Shown here: piece after piece, positions 51,642-64,000 of the stretch
Numbering within the stretch: position 1 is the first letter of the stretch
How the letters are laid out: every line of letters begins with the position of its first letter
Assembly (NCBI RefSeq): GCF_006345805.1
Contig: NC_043010.1
Location: 44,516,001 to 44,580,000 of the forward strand
Source of the DNA: Octopus sinensis
Lineage: Eukaryota
Direction of reading: 5' to 3'
Length of the DNA stretch: 64,000 nt
Program-made: the position numbers and the translations under genes
Notes under the pieces: generated by a model
What the model saw: only the letters and a program-made list of their open reading frames with translations
What the model was told of the DNA's origin: nothing
Database searches by the model: none

Positions 51642-54600
51642 GTAAGTTATATTTGCCTTTATTGAATGTAATAGGATTTCTTTTTTTTTATTTAGTATAT
51701 GGTTATTTTTGCTGTAGAAAAAATTCATTATATGTGTAAAAACAGAGTACATAGTTATTTAAACTAACCCTAGTATTTTTTTTATTGTTTCCTATTAGCT
51801 ATCTTTGTACTTCATTGGGTCAGTGCTTACCTCAAGTTTCCATGATATTAAAAAAACAAAAAAACAAGATACATAACCAAATATGATGCCAATTTATTAC
51901 AGAAACCTAGTACATAGCTTGTACTTATTCTATTAACCTCATAAACAGATGAAAACCAATGTCAGTTTCTATGTTATTTGAAAGATGCTAAATGAGTTAT
52001 TTGACTAAATGCTGTATATGGATATAGAATAGTTCTAAAATTACTTTCAATTACAGTTTTAAAATTTCATTTCTAGATTGCTAATGCAAAATTAATTGTT
52101 GGCAGTAGGTTCGCTATTTTGTAAAACAATTTCAGTAGTTGTATATTAACATTATGATCTACACCAAAGAAAGTCTCTACCAAATAGGGATGTTTTCACT
52201 CTCAAAATTTCATGACTACTAGTTTACCAATAGTAAACTACTAGTTTACCACTGAATTTTCCAAAATATGTACCTGCCCCAATTTAACATATTCATTTCT
52301 TCTTTTATCACCCTTCTATATTTCATCCTTTTCAAGAACATACACTGAACATTTTCTCCATCTTTCCTATCCAAAACTGCATCATTTTAGCTCTCCTTTC
52401 CAACTCCTGTTTTCCTCTAACATTTTAACCTGCAGATTAAGGGATTAAAGCAGACAAATTATTAATCCTTTTAGGAAGATGACCCTACTTAATATGTAGG
52501 AAAGGTATTGGTAGAAACTCCATACAGTGTGATCAGTGCAAACTATGGACACATAAGAAGTGCAGCAGTATCACAGAAAGGTTAATGGAGAAAGTAGTCT
52601 TTGTGTGTGGCAGGTGTGCAGGTACAATAAACACTAAGAATGTACAGGAAATAGACTTCCTCAAATATCTGGGAGGTGTCCTTAGAAGTAGTAGTTAGCT
52701 TCCATTACCAAGGCAACCAAGTTAGCAGTAGAGGAGAATGCTCTGAAAGCGTAATTACTAGAATAAGAACAGGCTGGGTGAAGTTTAGAGAGCTACTACC
52801 TTTGTTGGTAAGAAAGGGCTTCTCCCTCAGAGTGAAAGGCAGATTGTATGATGCCTGTGTTCGGACAGCTATGCTACATGGCAGTGAAACATGGGCTGTG
52901 ACTACAGAGGACATGTAAAGGCTTGAAAGAAATGACACCAGCATGCTCCACTCTCTTTGACTGTTTCTCTGACTTTCTCTCTAACTCTCTCTCTGCCTCC
53001 TCACTTCTCTTTTCCAACTGGGGTTGCCAGTAAGATAGCTATTGCTATCCGTCTATTATACTTTAACCTCTCATCTGGCATGGATCCACTTCCTGTGGTT
53101 CCACTTCCTCTCCCATCTGAGAGGTTTCTGCCTCACAAGTTACTGGATGACCCTGCTGATGTCAATGCCACATAAAAATCACCCAGTACACTCTGTAAAG
53201 TGTTTGGCATTAGGAAGGGAATCCAGCCATAGAAACCAGGCCAAAGCAGACAATGGGGTCTAGTGCATCTCTCTAGCTTGTCAGTTCCTGTCAAACCATC
53301 TAACCCATGCCAGCACGGAAGACAGATGTTAAATGATGATGATTAAAGCAGACCCTCAGCTGTATTGACTTCAAAATCTTGGAGGAGATGAAAGATAGAG
53401 GGAACTTTTTAGTCTTGTTGGATGCAAACTCTCTAACACCAGTGGTATTCTAAAATACACTTAGTCCACACTGTCAAGTGGTTGGTGATAAAATAGCTAA
53501 CAAATTTATAAAGACATGACAGTGACTTTAGACTGAGTGTCCAAGACAGCTGGTATATTCATTGTGAAAAAATTAGTATGCTCAGAGTAAGCTCTGCCAA
53601 CATGTATTTGAAAAGCATAGAATAATGGTAGCAACAAAGCAATCAGAATAACAGAGGGGTTGAAAGAGTGATGATTAGTGAGAGATAGTTAAATGGTCAA
53701 AGTGAATAACTGATGTCAATAACAAATGATTATATTCAGTTTTTATCTCAGCTCATTTGTACTTCATTGTTCAAACTCACAAATATTGCACATCCATGAG
53801 TGCACACTTTCTTCATTCCTTTCTAGTTTTTCATCCCTCTGCATTCAAGGCCCACCTCCCACTGATATGTGATGCCTGACTTTGTGCAGCATCACATATT
53901 TATTATTGTGTATGTATGTGTATTTGTGTGAGTACATATATATATATATTCCCATCCACATGGGTCCTGGTTCAGTTCCGCTGTATTGTACCTTGGGCAA
54001 GTGTCTTTTACTATAGTCTTGGGCTGACCAAAGCCTTGAGTGGATTTGGTTGATAGAAACTGAAAGAAGCCCATTGTATATGTGTATGTGTGTATGTCTT
54101 TATGTTTGTCCCCCACCACTGCTTGCCAACTGATGTTGTTGTGTTTATGTCCCTGTTTATGTTCAGTAAAAGAGACTGATAGAATAAGTACCAGGCTTAG
54201 AAAAATTAATAAGTACTGGGGTTGATTCATTCAGCTTAAAAATTCTTCAAGGCAGTGCCCCAGCATGGCTGCAGTCTAATGGCTGAAACAAGGAAAAGAT
54301 AAAAGATATAATCACACTCACACATACATCCATTCATCCATGCATAAAAAAATTAATACATATCACAGAAAGAGAAAAAGATTTTGTAACTAGATAGATT
54401 ATTTCTGTAAAATGATGTAACACAGTATACAAACATTAGAGATATAAATCCACTATAAAATACTTATAGTTTTTTTTAGTTTAAAATTAAATTTATAATT
54501 GTAAATACTTGATTTTCAGCTTTATTAATAACAACTGTTGCTATTCTTGTCATTGTTGTTTCACTGTTATTCATAAAAGAAACTGTTATGCGATAAAAGT

Positions 54601-54673
54601 GATTATTAATATTGTTGCTGTTAAAGAATGTATTATTGTTGTTATTGCTGTATTGTTGCTCTTTATCATCTAG

Positions 54674-54795
54674 CTGGATAATATATTATTTATTGCTGTT
54701 AATGGAGATGGTACAGAAGATGAACACTTCCTTAACAAGAAAATTTTGGTCTTCCATCGAATATTGAAATTTCTTTATGGTCCGGTATTGAAACA
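54674..54795 (+). CDS. HPS1: HPS1 exon 3 (LDNILFIAVNGDGTEDEHFLNKKILVFHRILKFLYGPVLK)
   Basis: LFIA.NGD.TE motif as in HPS1 (CLFIAINGDHTESE); acceptor catctag, donor gtgagt; phases 0/2. Confidence 0.94.
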
Positions 54796-56535
54796 GTGAG
54801 TTCTAAAATGTCATTACTGATGGTGTTTTTGAATTGCTTTTATTTTGTATTATTATTGGAAAACTCAGGTTAACTCATAATAGCTAAAATTTAGTGGTTC
54901 TCAACCATTTTTTACCTATGGACCCCTTTGATTTCTAGTTCACTCTACTGGACCTCCATAGCCACTCAGTGTATGCAAAAGACACTTTACTGTATTTTTA
55001 TGATTACATATTCTTAGGAATTGTATTAAAAAAAGTATTGTAGAAGTATAAGCAATTTATTGTACATAAATTTTTATATGGACCTCCAAAGGTCATAAGG
55101 TGTCTGGTTGCTAAATTAACATTTGAAAACTTTAACAAAATAAACATTGAAGATAGTACTATAGAAAAAGCTAAGTTTCCAGCAAGCCAAATCCACAACA
55201 TGGCTTTGCTTCTCAGTTGTAGATATTTCATTTTAAATATAATGATGTCTTTGGAAAATTAAGTATACATGTAAAAACTTTCATTTTTCTGTTCCTTGAA
55301 TCAATTCTGCTCACCATCCACAAATGTCACTTCCGATTTTTGGCATGGGTTGGATGATTTGACAGGATCTGATGTGTCCAAGGACTGTGTTGTGCTCCAG
55401 TGTCTACTTTGACATGGTTTCTACAGCTGGATACCTTTCCTAGCATCAACCACTTTACAGAGTGGACTGGGTGCTTTCTTCTTGTGCCCCTTGCACTATT
55501 GATCTCACCATGCAATTCACAGAACTACAAACCCTGGGGATGGTGGTGGTGAGGTCAGCTTCATGCTAGGGGACGAGGGAGTTACTATGAGAAGGAGGGA
55601 GAGAGCAGGTTATTTAAGAAAGATCTGCATGGCTAGGCACATCTAGTTGGGGAAATGGGGAGAGAAAAAGAGAAAATGATCAGTAGGAACTGCAAAAGGT
55701 AGATAATGGTATGAGGTGTCTAGGTGGCCCCAAAAGGCACAAGATGAGGAGAAGTAAGTGGGGTAGTTTGCAAGATTATATGGGGGAAGGAGAATGAGAG
55801 AAAAGTGGGTAGACTGCCAAAATGGATATGATTGAAGGGTAGATGAACAAAGAAACATGAGCTAAGGAGGATAGAGGGATGTGGAAAAGAGAGTGGGGAG
55901 TGGCAGGAATAGTAAGATAATACAGTTGCCAGGGATGAGGACGAGAGACACTTAGGGTTAATGAGACATGGGCCTTGGATGCAGAGAACTTAAAAAGACT
56001 AGCAAGAAATGAAGTAAGCATGCTCCATTGGATGTGCAATGTGAGTGTGCATGAACAATATAGTATGAATGTGCTGAGAGAAAAACTGAGCATAGAAGGA
56101 ATCAGATGTGTTCAAGAAAAAAGACAGCAATGGTATAGGCATCTGACATCCCCCACACATACACACTAGTTAGGCCAGGATGAGTTGGGGGAGGCAGTAG
56201 GAGTGGTGGTGTTGAGGCTCTTTGATACTATGCCAGACTCTTGGACAGGAATAACTGGAAGAAATTGTTGTGAGCAATACTTTAAAAAATGGGCAGGTGA
56301 AGATAATTATTAAAAAGAAGCAATTATAAAGAGAAAAGAAATAATAAATTGTTTGATAAATAGTTTGGGATGATGAAAAGATGAGGAATGTGTACACAAA
56401 GTGAGTTAAAATGGGAAGGATATTGATTTGGGAAATCTAAAGTACCAGTGACTAACTTGTAAGAAAATGTCTGAAAATTTCTACATTAGAATTTCATTCA
56501 ATTTAATTTCTTTCTTCTTCAATTCTTTTTCATAG

Positions 56536-56644
56536 AATAAAACCAAAAAGATTGCTTGAACAAAGAGAAAGACAGAATTATCTAACACACATTCTTAGGA
56601 CATGGTGCCACCTTGTCCAAGAAGAGCAGTCCTTTCTAATGGAG
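56536..56644 (+). CDS. HPS1: HPS1 exon 4 (IKPKRLLEQRERQNYLTHILRTWCHLVQEEQSFLME)
   Basis: EQ.F..E motif (human EQEQCFAVE); acceptor tttcatag, donor gtatgt; phases 2/0. Confidence 0.93.
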
Positions 56645-57603
56645 GTATGTCACTTTTTTGACAGAGTCAATCTTTTAATTCTTTTCTCATTATCATTATT
56701 CTCCAGGAAAGTAATGAATGATTACCTTACCGTATGCTTGTACAAACTGTAAAGACATAAAAGAAACAGAGACAAAACTGGATTTATTTGAAAATAGGTA
56801 CTCCTGAAATGATTTACATAGATAGGTCCAAACAGCTTAGTTTCAACTGTCTTTTAGGAGAAAAGATCTTGAAGTGAGAGACATAAGAGTAAAGTAGGTA
56901 GCAGAAGTCAACTTTGAAAAAAAAGCACTATTGTTGAATGCTAAATACAGGACAGTAGAGACAATAAACAAAGCTGAAAGATTTGGCTCAAAACTTAGAA
57001 GCATAGTAGGTACAATAGAGACCCAATGCATTATCGGTGCATTAACATGATATAAGATGCCAACATAATTTCAGTTTGATGTTTTTCTGATACAGTCTGT
57101 ACTGTAAGGTAAACGGTATTCTAGTAATTTTCTAAATTTAACAATTTTTGCTTTTTATACATTGCTAATTCTGTTGAGTAATTCACAAATGTCGTGACAT
57201 GTATATTGTCAGATTAAATACTCGGAAGTATTTAGCTTTGTCTCCCTAAGTTCTGAGCTCAAATCTTACTGAGGTCAACTTTGCTTTACATTCCTTGACG
57301 GGATTAATTAAATGCTAAACACATTCTGTGTCAATTTAATCAATTATATCTCTTCCTTGCAATTGAATATCTTTTTACTTAGGTAACAAACCGCATCTGC
57401 ATTATCATTACTATCAATAAGATGGCAAACTGGCTGAATTGTTAACATCCTGGGCAAAATGCTTAGTGACATTTCCTCCTGCTTTTTGTTCAAATTCTGC
57501 CAAGGTTGACTTTGCCTTTCATCCTTGTGAAGTTGTAAAATAAGTACCTGTTGAGCATTGAGGTTATTAATGCAATCAACTAGCTCTCACCCACCACCAA
57601 AGT

Positions 57604-57879
<276 letters not shown>

Positions 57880-57891
57880 CTCTTTTTTCAG

Positions 57892-58043
57892 GCAGTTGAA
57901 CAGTTGTATGTTAACTCTGTGGTTAATGAGAAATCTTTAGAACTTCTCGAAATGGTTGTGAAAAAAGTCAGTTCTGTATCTTCTATAAGTAACAACCATG
58001 CACTTCTTTTGGTGCATGGTAAGCTCCTTTCTCTTTATTCTAG
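57892..58043 (+). CDS. HPS1: HPS1 exon 5 (AVEQLYVNSVVNEKSLELLEMVVKKVSSVSSISNNHALLLVHGKLLSLYS)
   Basis: HA.LLVH.KLL..YS motif as in HPS1; acceptor ttttttcag, donor gtatgt; phases 0/2. Confidence 0.94.
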
Positions 58044-58285
58044 GTATGTTTTTTTTACACTTTTTTTATTTTGAAACATATTTTTTTATATATATTTTTC
58101 ATGCTGGTATAAGTGAAATGGTTTTCTTTATTTTTATTTTTTAATTTTGAAAATTCAGATTTGGAGCCATATATTCCTTCCCTTCTTTCCTGAGCGTCAA
58201 TAATACTTTAATTGTTCCACGTCCTGCGTTGCTGTGATTTTTTCTCTTTTTTTCTCTTTTTTTCTGTGTTTTCTTGTTTGGATTA

Positions 58286-58317
<32 letters not shown>

Positions 58318-58417
58318 CTACTACTACTAATATAGGATGAAGTTTTTTTACAGAAAAAAATTTCATCAGAAAATGTGGCAGCATATTAAAATACCTTTTA
58401 AGGTTAGAATTATAAAC

Positions 58418-58634
58418 AACTTATAAATAAAGGCTAAAGAAAATTATTTCTATGCTAATATGCTGATAACAGACTTTTAAATCGTCAATTTCCACATATT
58501 ATTTACTCGCTACAGGAAATACGTAGAGCTGAAATTGAGGAAAGCTGGTCAACAGGATGAAAATTGACGATTTAAAAGTCTGTTATCAGCATATTGGCAT
58601 AGAAATAATTTTCTTTAGCTCTTATTTATAAGTT
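58418..58634. repeat. Inverted repeat with 74-bp arms (3 mismatches) and a 69-nt spacer
   Basis: 58418-58491 is the reverse complement of 58561-58634. Confidence 0.93.
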
Positions 58635-59000
58635 ATATATTACTGGATTTTTTGTCTTACTGTTAATCTCTCAATCAGAAAGTAGGTAGACTGAGATAAC
58701 CAGAATATTATAATAGTTACTATGGTTGTAGCAGTGATGTACTGTAGAGCATCAGCTGTATTGATCTCATTGATTTTTGAGGACCTGTGAAAGGGCACTG
58801 CTCCATCTTCCACACCAAGCATTTTAAAAATAGAAATGTTATTTCCTTAACTGTGGTTAGTAGCTTGTTTACCAACCACATGGTTCCGGGTTCAGTCCCA
58901 CCACGTGGCACCTTGGGCAAGTGTCTTCTACTATAGCCTCGGCCCGACCAAAGCCTTGTGAGTGGGTTTGGTAGACGGAAACTGAAAGAAGCCCGTCGTA

Positions 59001-59038
<38 letters not shown>

Positions 59039-59664
59039 TGTGTGTGTTTGTGTGTGTCCCCCTAGCATTGCTTGACAACCGATACTGGTGTGTTTATGTC
59101 CCCGTTACCTATCAGTTCGGCAAAAGAGACTGATAGAATAAATACTGGGGTCGAGTTGCTCAATTAAAGGTGTTGCTCCAGCATGGCCGCAGTCAAATGA
59201 CTGAAACAAGTAAAAGAGTAAAGAGTAGAGAGTATATGCTAACTTATACATAGTGCAACATGTAACTGTGCAATTTGTGGCTCAGTATCTTATCTTATAG
59301 AGACACTTGGCTGTTTTTGTTACCTTTTTATGCCATACATTCTGAAGCCAAATAGTCTTGTGCTCAATTTCACACAACCAAAGACGTGTATGTCATAATG
59401 TATACCAGTGTTATGTAATAATAGGTTCTATAGAGGACAGCGTCATAGTCAGGCATATTATGCCCATTTTGCTGTGTTCCACTTGAGCTTTTAGAGTCAC
59501 AAAAGATTATAATAGCCATTGTTTAACTCCATGTGGAAGACTTTTTGATTTTGTTTAGGCTAAGCTTTGAAGATTAGTTAGGGCAGCCAAAAAGAAGTGT
59601 ATGTTTTACCTAATGACTAGCAAACATTGAAAGATTAAAGCCCATGTTTTGTTTATTCCAACAG

Positions 59665-60379
59665 CAACAGTGCTTATGAGTTACAGTCAGCCGATATCCT
59701 CACTATTATTCTTCTAGCATGTGTTCAATATCCTTACAATTCTGAACTACGAGCTGACAATTTGCTAAGAAAACCTCAACCAGAACAACAACAACCACAA
59801 CCATCATCATCATCACATAGGCAAGAAGAGGAAGAACAACAAAGTGAGCAACAACAGCCGTCACCACAGCAACAAAAACAAGAACAACGTGAATGTCAAC
59901 AGCCATCATCACAACAAGAAGTTAAAGAACAACAAAGCAAGCAACAACAGCAATCATTACAGCAACACAAAGATGAAGAACAACAAAGTGAGCAGCAACA
60001 GCAACCATTACAGCAACAAGAAAATGAAGAACACCAAAGCAAGCGACATGATGAACAAAAGCATTCACTACAGCAACAAGATGAACAACAGCAATCACCA
60101 CAGCAACAAGAAGAACAAGGAAGTGAGCAACGTCAGCAACCATTGTCACCACAGCAACAAGAAAATGAAGAACAGCAAAGTGAGCAACAGCAACAGCAAC
60201 AGCATCCAGTAAAACAAAAAAGTGAGGACAATTTGCAATCAGCTTCACCACATGTTAGTCAAGAAACTGAGGTGCTAGAAACTTCTAGAACTCTTAGTGT
60301 TGTATCAGATGGTAGTCAATCCCTTGGTCGTGACTCTGTTGACAATACAGCTACTGATCAAAGCAAAGATGTTCAAAAG
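59665..60379 (+). CDS. HPS1: HPS1 exon 6: conserved start (NSAYELQSADILTIILLACVQYP) followed by a long Gln/Glu-repeat insertion
   Basis: S...L..AD.L..ILL motif; 715 nt open in the required phase (contains ORF 59762-60391); donor AAG/gtttgt. Confidence 0.9.
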
Positions 60380-60503
60380 GTTTGTTCTTAAAATCTTTAT
60401 ATTTTTGTAATTGTCATTTTTTGCATAATTACTCTTAGAGATTTTTTCCTTAGATATCAGATACTGTTTATTTGCAAACCATTATTATCTTACAAATTTG
60501 CAG

Positions 60504-60609
60504 AGTTTTGGAATCCATGAAGCATCATGTAGTTGCTCAGAAGATCTTGACAACTGTGAAGTATCATCAGCAGATTTGCTAGCCGTCTCTAGCAGAAACA
60601 TCTCTGATA
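60504..60609 (+). CDS. HPS1: HPS1 exon 7 (SFGIHEASCSCSEDLDNCEVSSADLLAVSSRNISD)
   Basis: Acceptor tttgcag, donor gtaagc; open frame; phases 0/1 bridge exons 6 and 8; no conserved motif. Confidence 0.75.
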
Positions 60610-61411
60610 GTAAGCTTTCTCTATTTTCTTTATCATTATTATATTACATTTGATTCCCATACTTGTATAGGATGATTATTATGGCTGTTTGTTCATTTCT
60701 ATTGCCAACCATTTTACAGCATGAGTAGATGCATTTTGTTGTGCCTTGGACTCTAAAGGTCATCTTTCAGGATTAAAGTGTCTCTCTTTCTATTTTTTTA
60801 AAAATAAGTTTCTGCTCTTCTTGACAGTCTATTTTAACTTCAGCTTATATAATGTATATCTCCTCTGTGCAATTCAGACAGAACCCTTTTTAAATACTCA
60901 TTATTATGTCTCATCACTATGTAAGGAATGATTTAGTTACCAAAGGTGGGTATACAGTATATTGAAAATACCCAACAGAATGTGGAGAGCCAGACAAAAT
61001 GCTGCTAAGCATTTTGTCCAACACACAACGTGTTACTTTAATCTGTTTCTTATTTCAAATATGCGATTATGTGTGTCTGTTTTTGACATGTTTTGTGTGA
61101 TTATGCTATCGAAAATTTGACTTTGTTATCTTTGCTCTAGCATCTTCAGCTAAAAGTTAAAGATAAATCAACATTTCCAGCATGCTAGACTTGTCATACT
61201 TTAACTTGCTATATTTGGATGTCAAAGAAAGTATGGCTCCTCCATCATCCAGTTAGATATCCAACTAATTAATTTTGCCTTGTAAATTTATCTGTCTGTT
61301 TATATATCTATCTAGCTGATTTGCTCCATGTTATGTCCATATATCAATATATCTTTTTGGTATGTCTATATGCTAACAGACCCATCTATCATATATCCAT
61401 TTTCTGTGTAG

Positions 61412-61503
61412 ATGTACAGCATAGTAGCAGCAGTATTGAAGAGGATAATGAAAATATCAGTTCTCAGAGTACTTCTTATAATATCAACAAAGCAAATATT
61501 GAG
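61412..61503 (+). CDS. HPS1: HPS1 exon 8 (VQHSSSSIEEDNENISSQSTSYNINKANIE)
   Basis: Acceptor ttctgtgtag, donor gtaggt; phases 1/0 fit both neighbours; low-complexity linker. Confidence 0.75.
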
Positions 61504-63480
61504 GTAGGTATGTGCACTTTGTTTTTACTCTGATACATTTGTATGCAATATCGTCAAAATGATATGGGGAAATATTTTTGAGCTATTTACTCATTTTCTT
61601 TAATGATTCAATTTTACTTGCATTGCTAATGTTCCTGAACACAATTTTTTTTATCTCTTCTAGAATTCTGAAACCTTGCATCATTCTTGCTTATCCTCTA
61701 GACTATCATTTTCTTGACATGAATTGAAGACAATAAACTAAAGTAAGGAAAAGAGCTCTCTAGTTTACTAACAATATATTAAGCTAGTTAAGGAGTATTT
61801 ATGTAGTTGCTTAACATATTAGAAATAGCAGCCAAATCTCTCTCAAACTAATATCTTGATGTCTCATAAAAATATGTTGGATAATGATGTATGGGATTCC
61901 TTATTCCAGAAGAAAATATGGCATGGTTATGGCTAGAATGGTCTTTGATCATAGGTCTGCCTTCATTTAAGAAACTGACTCAGGGCTAGGCAACAACAAC
62001 AACAACCATAAACTTCTACAGTAGGACACTTCAACCTAAAATAGGTTGCATACACACGTTGTCTCTAAACTGTCTACAGCAACAAGTCATGGACATTAGA
62101 ATATTTTGATAAGTGAGAAGCACAATTTATGTGTGTTATCAACTCTCATCCACACAGTTCCTGTGACTACTTACCCAATCACTCATAAACATCCTAACGT
62201 AATAGCACAATACTATTCTATGTCATTTCTATCTAATCTGAACAAATACAAAAGCACACATAACCAAAATATCTGCATTATTATTAGCCATATTATATTC
62301 TAACTCTGTGCTGCACCACTACTGACTCCCTTTTTGTGAATCCTGAAGAAACAATGCTTTCACACTAAACCCACTTTGCTCATCTTTACTGTGGCAAAAT
62401 TAACACAGTATGACCTAAAGACTACTCTACACTTCACTCAATCAAGTACTGCATGGTAGAGTATGCTGCATAATTGCATAGTCACAAGTCGATTGAAATA
62501 TGACATACCTTGAATGGAAAAATCTTATGGCTGACTCCAACTGCCTAATTTTCTTCCTCTGTGCACATCTCAATTGAAACAGAGCTGACAACAACTCAAT
62601 TACCCACAAAATATTAGTGTAACCATAAGCATCTAGTAAAGTTTCTAAATTCAGTTCTCAGTGTAATAATTCCCCATTTGAATAAATAGATAATACATGT
62701 TTATGAAGGTGACCAAAAAGGAATATTGAGGGTATCTTTTGTATTTACTTCTTTCAGTCATTAAACTGCAGCTATGCTGGGGAAGGGTATTAAACATTTT
62801 AATACTTCTTATTATATGCATACATCATGCAGTTGCATTTGTCTGATAAAATTTTCCCTTCAAGAAATGCTGAGAGTGAAAAGTAACACTGTTTTGCTAC
62901 TGATAATATGACATTTTCATTTCTTATCAGAGTATCAAATTAACATAGCGTATATTGAAAGATCAGCACAACTTTATGGAGCTGTGGATGTACTGGATTG
63001 TTACCTTCTGCATGTGTGTCACTTTTAGTGACATCCAAACTTTATTTCTTCCTCTGGATGTGTCAGTCCTGCACAAAAATTGATGAACACAGGAGAAGCA
63101 CTGCAAAACAAAGACAATTCATGTGGTAGTACAACTTTCTTTGGTGACACCAGTCAACAGACTGATGCCTGAGGGTCACATCAAGTGATTTCTAGTGGCA
63201 GAAGTCTGAACTACCACAGGCTTGTCTCACAGAACATTTCTGGTTACTTTTGAATACCTCCTCATATGCAGATAAATTTGTTTTACCTTTATAACACAAT
63301 ACAAACCTCTGAACCATTACAGTACTTATTAAGTCCAATTAATTCTGCTTAGTTGTCTATCAAATAATACATTTTTTTATTGTTTCAGGAATTTTTATGA
63401 AAACTATCATGAAATTTATAACAAGACAAAACCATTAAATTAGTTCTTTTTAAATTAACGCTTTCTTTTTATCTTTCTAG

Positions 63481-63708
63481 GCAAGCACTGAACCCAAACT
63501 AGCTTCTAGTGGTGCCAAGAAACAATCAAGGAAACGTACTGGAACCACTGAATCCAGCAGTCAGTCTACAAGTTCTAAATCAAAACCATTTCACACTTCC
63601 ATAAAACCAATTCCTGTGTGTTTACATACCTCTGCATGTTTGTTTACGCCACATCAATTATTCTGTATAGAAGTGATTCCTGGCATTGTCTTGGTTATTG
63701 TTTTAGAG
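63481..63708 (+). CDS. HPS1: HPS1 exon 9 (…KPIPVCLHTSACLFTPHQLFCIEVIPGIVLVIVLE); gene continues beyond the window
   Basis: C.L.PH...C.....GI.LV motif (human [22 protein letters not shown]); acceptor ctttctag, donor gtaagc; 228 nt, phases 0/0. Confidence 0.92.
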
Positions 63709-64000
63709 GTAAGCTGTTATCTATGCCATGTAAATAGAGGATTGGTCATATTTCTGTTACTTTTAAAATATAATTCATCAAATTTATTTATTTTTTTAAT
63801 TATATTTGAATCTTTTCATGTCTTTCAATTTGACTCAAACTGCAAGTGATTTTACTTGATTTTCAGAAACATTTGAGAAAATTTTTCATTTGTCAATATT
63901 TTAGATGCTACTTCTTCTTGTAAGAAGCTGTGGGCTTTTACGGCTTCTTCTTAGGGGTGTTACCTTTATCATTTTCATTATTACCAGTGCAATTATCTGT

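Noticed and set aside
59844-60251. Overlapping N/S/K-rich (+) and V/A-rich (-) ORFs
   Set aside because: Alternative frames of the HPS1 Gln/Glu repeat
63029-63260. GC-richer, exon-like segment in HPS1 intron 8
   Set aside because: All three phases after the ttttag acceptor hit stops, and exons 8 and 9 already join in frame

Overview
AT-rich, microsatellite- and SINE-dense animal genomic DNA. The repeat content (tRNA-head SINEs, RTE LINEs, mariner/Tc1/pogo/hAT relics) looks like an octopus genome; that assignment is inference. Two spliced genes can be reconstructed by hand, with GT-AG introns and consistent phases. (1) A Polycomb RING finger gene, most like PCGF1, on the - strand: 7 confident coding exons at 8599-16420 (235 aa) plus two speculative 5' exons at 21.7 and 22.7 kb. 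(2) An HPS1 (BLOC-3 subunit) orthologue on the + strand, head-to-head with it: 9 coding exons at 28668-63708 (596 codons), continuing past the window end, with a 22.7-kb first intron and a large Gln/Glu-repeat insertion. The most striking unannotated signal is a set of hammerhead-ribozyme-like motifs from several unrelated repeat families. One has a fully canonical core (4372-4435). Another is a mirrored pair with a compensatory U3-A8 core inside a 285-bp near-perfect palindrome flanked by a 17-bp duplication (36164-36448). Several decayed copies also occur, mostly in arms of inverted repeats, which matches Penelope-like element ends. All homology calls come from recognising motifs by eye; no searches were run.
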